Shown: in pieces, positions 26,246-32,000 of the stretch | How the letters are laid out: each line of letters opens with the position of its first letter | Position numbering within the stretch: position 1 is the stretch's first letter | NCBI RefSeq assembly: GCF_000007185.1 | Contig: NC_003551.1 | Location: 240,001-272,000, forward strand | From: Methanopyrus kandleri AV19 | GTDB lineage: Archaea > JAADCQ01 > Methanopyri > Methanopyrales > Methanopyraceae | DNA: 32,000 nucleotides | Reading direction: 5' to 3' | Position numbers and translations under genes: made by a program | The notes under the pieces: generated by a model | What the model saw: only the letters and a program-made list of their open reading frames with translations | The model's database searches: none | Told to the model about the DNA's origin: nothing

Positions 26246-26977
26246 ATGTTGGAGTGGCGTCCCGAGCCCGGTTATGACCCTTTAGAGACAGCGGAACGTG
26301 TGCGTGGGTGGGTGTGTGAAGGAAGACGACGAAAGTACTACCGGTTCCGGGAGACCCGCTTCTACGGTGGATGCGCCACGGCCGACGCCGTGGGGTGCAA
26401 CCTCGACTGTGCTTACTGTTACGTTAATTACCCGCGGAGGCATCCCTGGGACCGACGCTGGAAGTTTCACCGGCCAATCGACGTTGTGGAGCGCCTGAAG
26501 AACATGGGGGGCGATGTCGTGCGTGTTTCCGGCTGCGAACCGACGCTGTGTAAGGAGCACATCCTCGAGCTCATCGAGCTCTGCGGGCGGGAACTCCCCG
26601 ACCGGAAGTTCGTCCTGGAGACGAACGGCACGATCCTGGGAGCCGACCGTTCGTTCGTGAGGGAACTAGGGAATCACGAACACGTTCACGTACGCGTGTG
26701 TCTGAAGGGGTACGATCCTCAATCGTTCGCGCGAATCACCAACGCGAACCCGGACGGGTTCGATCTACAGCTCCGGTGCTTAAGATATCTTTTTAAAGAG
26801 GGAATATCCTTCCACCCGGCCATACCCCGTCTGTTCCGCCCGGAAGATATCGACAAGCTAGCCGGAGTACTCTCGGACATCGGAGTCCCACCCTCATCAC
26901 TCGAAGTGGAGCCGATCAGGGTCTATGACCACGTCCGTAGGGAGTTGAGACGGCGGGGGCTAACGGTTGTGCGGTGA
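26246..26977 (+). CDS. Radical SAM domain protein
   Basis: AVGCNLDCAYCYVNYP (CxxxCxxC: C-NLD-C-AY-C), VVRVSGCEPTLCKEHILELIE, KFVLETNGTILGAD. Confidence 0.88.
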   Translation: MLEWRPEPGYDPLETAERVRGWVCEGRRRKYYRFRETRFYGGCATADAVGCNLDCAYCYVNYPRRHPWDRRWKFHRPIDVVERLKNMGGDVVRVSGCEPTLCKEHILELIELCGRELPDRKFVLETNGTILGADRSFVRELGNHEHVHVRVCLKGYDPQSFARITNANPDGFDLQLRCLRYLFKEGISFHPAIPRLFRPEDIDKLAGVLSDIGVPPSSLEVEPIRVYDHVRRELRRRGLTVVR

Positions 26978-28979
26978 TCCAGGGCTTCTCACGCTGGTCT
27001 TGCTCATCCTACTACTAGCGGTGGCCTCTTTGCCCGCGGGTTCTGTGGTTTTGGCCTCGGCCTTAGCCCCCGTGGCGGTGGTCGGCGGACTAGCACTCGA
27101 GTACGGCCTCGTAGATCCGAGGACCGTGCCCGTGTTCGGACTACTCGCGGTCCCCGGACTCATCCTAGGACTCCGAACAGCCCGAAAATACCCCAAACAA
27201 CACCTACGCCACAGGCTAATCATAGCGGTAATTATCACAGTGACTTTTTTTCTTTCAAATTTAACAATATACGTGTTTAAGGGAACAGTATCTTTCGTAG
27301 CAGGCGGAGACGTACCCAGGCATGCTTCTCTAGCGTTGTCTTTCCTCACTACCGGTAAGCCTCCCGTTTTCTACGATACGTTGAGGCGGGAGTATCGTCC
27401 CGTTCATTACCCCTCGGGACTCGGACACGCGGCGATCACGGAGTCGATCGTGTCGTTGTTATTCCATCCGAAAGATCTACGGGAAGCGGCGAGCTGGCGA
27501 GTTCAGTACGGTTCAACAATTATTGAACTCGTTGAATACCATGTGAGCACAGCCATGATAGCATCAGCCATCATCGACATCATCCTCCTTACGCTCGGAC
27601 GATTGCCTATTTTAGTAGCTACACTTGTAGCATGCGCAATATATTTGACGTATCCTGGACCGGTGCCGTTCTTTCAGTCACTAGCTATGCTATCAGCATC
27701 GATCGTAGCTATAATTCTTAATTCACGATGGATTTCAACATTTTTAATACTAAGTGCTGTAGTAATTCATTTCTATAGTGTGGTGGTCATGAGCTTACTT
27801 ATTCCAGTTCTGATCCAAACTAGAAAACAATCCACTATATCGTTACTCCTTGGTATGGCAACTGGAATCATTATACAATTCCCTTACGTACACTGGAGTG
27901 CGGCAGTGCATTTCCCACGTTATCCAGCCCACCCGAATCACTTACCACCAGATCGGGAGTTAGGGCCGATAGTGTACATAATACAATTTATGTTTACAGC
28001 ATTTGCTGCATATCCACCGTTCATTTTCCCCAATGCTAGTGATATGCTATATACTATCCCATTTATAGCCGCTGTAATGTTAATACTTATCAGAATTCGG
28101 AAATTATTACCGCAAGATCTCAAAATAATATGGATCATGTATATAACCACTATTGTTATCTTAGGAGTTACCTTCGGGCGATTCATTGGAAAACGATTTT
28201 TATTTACTGCACCATTGTTAACGACTTTAACTTTAGGTTTTGCAGCAGCAAATTACCACTTATTAGCGCTCAGTATACTAATTAGTTATTGCGCTTTAAC
28301 TACTGATTGGTGGTACATATATTTCATTAATACTCCACCAATCGATGTATTAGAAAAACATTGGAAACTATTCTATAATTCATTCTGCAAGGGTGAGACT
28401 ATCGCTACAGTATCAATAGGCTTACTGCCATTCACATCCACATGGAAACCACAAAAGGTAGCTCAGGTAGTTAGAACGTTCCCAGAACCAGGTTTGCCCA
28501 TATTGGTTACTGAAGAGGAAAACAACCTCACCCTAAGACTTCTACCGTTAACTCAAGTCAAAGGCAAATACATCGTGGAGAAGTTACCACCAACGAAACG
28601 TGTCTGGTCAGTCGACGACCGGGCAGGCTCATTCAGACGGAACGTCCTAGTAGCAGCGGAACGGTACGACTCACACGTCCTGACGTATGTGGCAATAATG
28701 AGCTACGGCTCGGTACCCACCGTGTTAGTCATTAAGGGGAAGACGTGGGGAGCCTCCATGGCCTTCATGACACTCATGGAGCCTACCGATGATTTATCAG
28801 TGTTTATCAGGACGCGACATGTCCCCAACGGGTATTTAGTCAGAATCTCAGATTGGCAAGGTGTGAGGGTTATGAAGATAACGATCTCCGGGGCCAGATG
28901 GGTTGGTGATAAACTGGTGTTCCACGGATCTCTGAGGGACCTCATCGCGAACATACGAGTCACCGGCGACTTGGTTTAA
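26967..28979 (+). CDS. Multi-TM membrane protein, possible GT-C-type glycosyltransferase (copy 1 of tandem pair)
   Basis: About 670 aa, many hydrophobic helices, early luminal-loop motif GDVPRHASLALSFLTTGKPPVFYDT; tandem paralog follows. TTG start overlaps the previous gene by 11 nt. Confidence 0.65.
   Translation: MCGDPGLLTLVLLILLLAVASLPAGSVVLASALAPVAVVGGLALEYGLVDPRTVPVFGLLAVPGLILGLRTARKYPKQHLRHRLIIAVIITVTFFLSNLTIYVFKGTVSFVAGGDVPRHASLALSFLTTGKPPVFYDTLRREYRPVHYPSGLGHAAITESIVSLLFHPKDLREAASWRVQYGSTIIELVEYHVSTAMIASAIIDIILLTLGRLPILVATLVACAIYLTYPGPVPFFQSLAMLSASIVAIILNSRWISTFLILSAVVIHFYSVVVMSLLIPVLIQTRKQSTISLLLGMATGIIIQFPYVHWSAAVHFPRYPAHPNHLPPDRELGPIVYIIQFMFTAFAAYPPFIFPNASDMLYTIPFIAAVMLILIRIRKLLPQDLKIIWIMYITTIVILGVTFGRFIGKRFLFTAPLLTTLTLGFAAANYHLLALSILISYCALTTDWWYIYFINTPPIDVLEKHWKLFYNSFCKGETIATVSIGLLPFTSTWKPQKVAQVVRTFPEPGLPILVTEEENNLTLRLLPLTQVKGKYIVEKLPPTKRVWSVDDRAGSFRRNVLVAAERYDSHVLTYVAIMSYGSVPTVLVIKGKTWGASMAFMTLMEPTDDLSVFIRTRHVPNGYLVRISDWQGVRVMKITISGARWVGDKLVFHGSLRDLIANIRVTGDLV
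27017..27208 (+). repeat. Near-identical direct repeat, copy 1 (5' part of paralogous membrane protein genes)
   Basis: Starts AGCGGTGGCCTCTTTGCCCGCGGG and ends CAAACAACACCTACG; matches 29061-29252 with only a few substitutions (clustered at GTAGATCCGAGGACCGTGCCCGTG). Confidence 0.9.
28873..28972 (+). repeat. 100-nt identical direct repeat, copy 1 (3' end)
   Basis: TGAAGATAACGATCTCCGGGG...GAGTCACCGGCGACTT identical to 30947-31046. Confidence 0.95.
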
Positions 28980-29013
28980 GAGTGCGTGTGAACGTGCCGT
29001 AGGGGGCCAGTTA

Positions 29014-31053
29014 TTGAGTGACCCCGGGCTTTTCATGCTGATCTTACTAGTCCTGTTATTAGCGGTGGCCTCTTTGCCCGCGGGTTCTGTGGTTTTGGCC
29101 TCGGCCTTAGCCCCCGTGGCGGTGGTCGGCGGACTAGCACTCGAGTACGGCCTCGTGGACCCGAGGATCGTACCCGCGTTCGGACTACTCGCGGTCCCCG
29201 GACTCATCCTAGGACTCCGAACAGCCCGAAAATACCCCAAACAACACCTACGTCATAGACTAACTATAGCAGTAATCCTGCTGACGGCATATCTCTCAGT
29301 GGACTTGACCTTATACGCTTTCAAAGGGAATATCGGCGCTACTATGGGTGATCCTTCAAGACATGCCTCTTACGCGCTAACGTTGTTAACCGCGGGTGAG
29401 CCCCCGGTTTTCTACGATACACTGAGACAGGAGTACCGTCCAGTCCATTATCCGTCCGGTCTCGGTCACATCGCGATTACGGAGTCGATCGTATCGTGCC
29501 TGTACCATCCGAAGGATGTACAGGAGGCCGCAAGCTGGCAGGTTCAATTCGGATCAGTATTCCTTGAACTACTTGAACATCACTTGGACGCGGCGTTGAT
29601 AACGTCCTCGATAGTCGATCTTCTGTTGATCGCACGCGGACGGTTACCAATCTATATAATACCCCCTCTAGCATACATAACATACCTAACATGCACCGCA
29701 CAATATGCAGAATTCATACCGTTCTTCCAATCACTAGCAATGCTTGCCGCCTCGGCAGTGGCACTTATACTCAATTCACGATTGCTATCAGGGCTTCTCG
29801 CACTAGGAGCCATAGCAATCCATGCCTATGGTGTTATAATTGTAACAACGTTAATTCTAGCTTTACTATGGGCTAAGAAAACCAGAATTACAACTGTAAC
29901 CCCAATACTTTTAGGAACTATAATCGGAGCTATTATGCAATATCCCTATGTACACTGGAGCGTAATGACATATTTCCCACGCTATCCGGCCCACCCTAAT
30001 CATCTACCGCCAGATCGTATACTTAGCCCAGTAGCGTGTCTATTACAGTTCTTTTTCACAGCATTTGCAGCGTATCCCATGATTCTATTCCCTACAACTA
30101 ATAGCTTACCTTATGTGTTGCCATTTACAGTAATCAATGTTTTAATCATTATTAAAGTCCGTAAATTACTTCCCTCTGTTCTTAGAGTAATGTGGATAAC
30201 ATGTATAGTTACAATTCTAGCATTAGCTGTGGTTTCCGGAAGTATAGTCGGAGGACGTCTTTTAGTTGTAGTTCCATTACTAACAGCTATGAGTTTAGTT
30301 CTACCAGCAGCAAATAGAAACTTATTAGCACTAGGAGCATTATTTGGATATTGTGCGCTAACTATTCATTGGTGGCTTGCAATCATAATACATGGAAATG
30401 AAGGTATTAGTACACTACCGGTTTGGGTTCTAAAAGAACATTGGAATATATTCTATAAATCCCTTTGTAATAAAGACGTTATAGCCACTCTACCCGAAGG
30501 CTTGCTCCCATTTACATGTACATGGAAACCACGTGAAGTTGCTTACGTAGTTCGAACGTTCCCTGAACCTTACACCTCTATACTGTTGACAGCCAAGGAG
30601 GGTAGTGAGATATTACTATACGCACCTCCGGTGCGAGCTGAAAGAGGATACATTGTAAAGAAGTTGCCACCTCCGGGGCGCGTCTGGGTGGCCGGTAACC
30701 GCGCTGGGTCACTCCGATGTAACGTCCTGATCGGAGCGGAACGGTACAACCGTCAGGTGATAATACACGTTAACGTGGTTAACTACAGTTGGGTACCTAT
30801 ACCCACAATAAACATCAAAGGAAAGCTCCGGAAGAGGGCGATAGTGCTCTCAACACCGAAATCGAGCACGTTACCGGCTATCAATGTCCACCGTATTCCG
30901 GAGGGTTTCCTTGTCAGGATCTCGTATTCGCACGGTGTGAGAGTTGTGAAGATAACGATCTCCGGGGCCAGATGGGTTGGTGATAAACTGGTGTTCCACG
31001 GATCTCTGAGGGACCTCATCGCGAACATACGAGTCACCGGCGACTTAGTCTGA
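29014..31053 (+). CDS. Multi-TM membrane protein, possible GT-C-type glycosyltransferase (copy 2 of tandem pair)
   Basis: 679 aa; collinear with copy 1 (MGDPSRHASYALTLLTAGEPPVFYDTLRQEYRPVHYPSGLGHIAITESIVS) with an identical C-terminus. Confidence 0.65.
   Translation: MSDPGLFMLILLVLLLAVASLPAGSVVLASALAPVAVVGGLALEYGLVDPRIVPAFGLLAVPGLILGLRTARKYPKQHLRHRLTIAVILLTAYLSVDLTLYAFKGNIGATMGDPSRHASYALTLLTAGEPPVFYDTLRQEYRPVHYPSGLGHIAITESIVSCLYHPKDVQEAASWQVQFGSVFLELLEHHLDAALITSSIVDLLLIARGRLPIYIIPPLAYITYLTCTAQYAEFIPFFQSLAMLAASAVALILNSRLLSGLLALGAIAIHAYGVIIVTTLILALLWAKKTRITTVTPILLGTIIGAIMQYPYVHWSVMTYFPRYPAHPNHLPPDRILSPVACLLQFFFTAFAAYPMILFPTTNSLPYVLPFTVINVLIIIKVRKLLPSVLRVMWITCIVTILALAVVSGSIVGGRLLVVVPLLTAMSLVLPAANRNLLALGALFGYCALTIHWWLAIIIHGNEGISTLPVWVLKEHWNIFYKSLCNKDVIATLPEGLLPFTCTWKPREVAYVVRTFPEPYTSILLTAKEGSEILLYAPPVRAERGYIVKKLPPPGRVWVAGNRAGSLRCNVLIGAERYNRQVIIHVNVVNYSWVPIPTINIKGKLRKRAIVLSTPKSSTLPAINVHRIPEGFLVRISYSHGVRVVKITISGARWVGDKLVFHGSLRDLIANIRVTGDLV
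29061..29252 (+). repeat. Near-identical direct repeat, copy 2
   Basis: Counterpart of 27017-27208. Confidence 0.9.
30947..31046 (+). repeat. 100-nt identical direct repeat, copy 2
   Basis: Counterpart of 28873-28972. Confidence 0.95.
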
Positions 31054-31206
31054 CGGTTGAGAGGGGAACTAGGTCGGGTAAGGCCCCTGTTCGTCATCGC
31101 GTAGCTCCGACGAAACCTCCCTCCTCATCCCCTCGAGTTCGTTCGGGGTGGAACGGTCGGGGAAGCCCAGGTACAGGTCATCAGGGACTCCCCCGGTACG
31201 GCCTCC

Positions 31207-32000
31207 TCATCCCGTGAGCCGATCGAGTGCCTCTTCGAAGGCTTCCTCGGTGCGTTCCAGGTCCGTCTCGGTGTGCGCGATGGACAGGAACCAGGCCTCG
31301 TAATTCGAGGCCGCGATCCATACGCCGTGCTCTAACAACTCCCTGTGGAACCGCTTGAACGCATCGTGGTCGGCCGAGTTTACGTCGGCGTAATCTCGGA
31401 CCTCTTCGATCCCGAAGTACACCTGGAACATGGACTCCACTCGGTTCACGACTCCTTCGATGCCACGGTCCTCGAGGCCGTCCTCCAGGGCGGAGGCCAA
31501 CCGCTCCGCCTTCGATGAGAGTTCGTCGTAGGGTCGTTCACGTTCGAGTACCTCGAGCGTCACCAGGCCCGCCGTAGCCGACACCGGGTTGCCGTTGAAC
31601 GTGCCGGCCTGGTATACTTTGCCCTCGGGTGCAACGCGCGACATGTACTCCTCCGGGCCTCCGAAGGCCCCTATCGGGAGCCCTCCTCCCAGGATCTTAC
31701 CCAGGCAGACGAGGTCCGCGTCGATACCGTAGTACTCCTGGGCACCACCCAACTCCAGTCGGAATCCCGTGATCACCTCGTCGAAGATCAGCAACCGCTC
31801 GGTCCCGTCGCAGTACTCGCGAAGTACTTTCAGGAACTCCTCGTCGGGGGGCACACAGCCGGCGTTACCCAGCACGGGTTCCACGATCACCGCACCGATC
31901 TCCTCGTCGAACCTCTCCACGGTCTCCACGAAAGCTTCGACGTCGTTGAACGGGCAGACGAGGGTGTTCTCCGCCACCGACTCCGGGATACCCGGTGAGT
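31207..32000 (-). CDS. hemL: Glutamate-1-semialdehyde 2,1-aminomutase, 5' part beyond window
   Basis: GAVIVEPVLGNAGCVPPDEEFLKVLREYC; LIFDEVITGFRLELGGAQEYYGIDADLVCLGKILGGGLPIGAFGG; QAGTFNGNPVSATAGL. Frame continues upstream of the track's internal Met to the window edge. Confidence 0.93.
   Translation of the reverse strand, partial: SPGIPESVAENTLVCPFNDVEAFVETVERFDEEIGAVIVEPVLGNAGCVPPDEEFLKVLREYCDGTERLLIFDEVITGFRLELGGAQEYYGIDADLVCLGKILGGGLPIGAFGGPEEYMSRVAPEGKVYQAGTFNGNPVSATAGLVTLEVLERERPYDELSSKAERLASALEDGLEDRGIEGVVNRVESMFQVYFGIEEVRDYADVNSADHDAFKRFHRELLEHGVWIAASNYEAWFLSIAHTETDLERTEEAFEEALDRLTG

Noticed and set aside
1-32000. CRISPR array, IS element or prophage
   Set aside because: No regularly spaced short repeats and no transposase, integrase or phage proteins seen. 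The only long repeats are the paralog-gene ends at 27017-31046.

Overview
This window looks like the genome of a GC-rich, hyperthermophilic, hydrogenotrophic methanogen. Protein content and style strongly suggest Methanopyrus kandleri, but that is an inference because no database was searched. I read the central 6.6-18 kb as a selenium-themed neighbourhood. (i) An hdrA at the left edge has an in-frame TGA that is almost certainly a selenocysteine codon. (ii) There is a set of cysteine-only, selenium-independent isozymes: formylmethanofuran dehydrogenase B, a second HdrA, and F420-non-reducing [NiFe]-hydrogenase subunits D, G and A. (iii) Interleaved with these is a small gene set of the kind associated with Se/S trafficking: a TusA/SirA-like protein, a YedE-type transporter split into two genes, a DUF3343-like Se/S carrier-like protein, a ribokinase-fold protein, and a 2-hydroxyacyl-CoA dehydratase/double-cubane-like protein with its activator ATPase. 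Two intergenic regions encode structured RNAs. One (22628-22713, minus) has textbook archaeal H/ACA geometry, and its pocket matches a conserved archaeal 16S rRNA segment (UGAA-Psi-A-CGUCCC). The right end has a tandem pair of large multi-TM proteins with near-identical gene ends flanking diverged AT-rich cores. Housekeeping genes include L10e, PEP synthase, aEF-1beta, PheS, an isopropylmalate synthase-family enzyme, a Cgi121-like KEOPS subunit and HemL.
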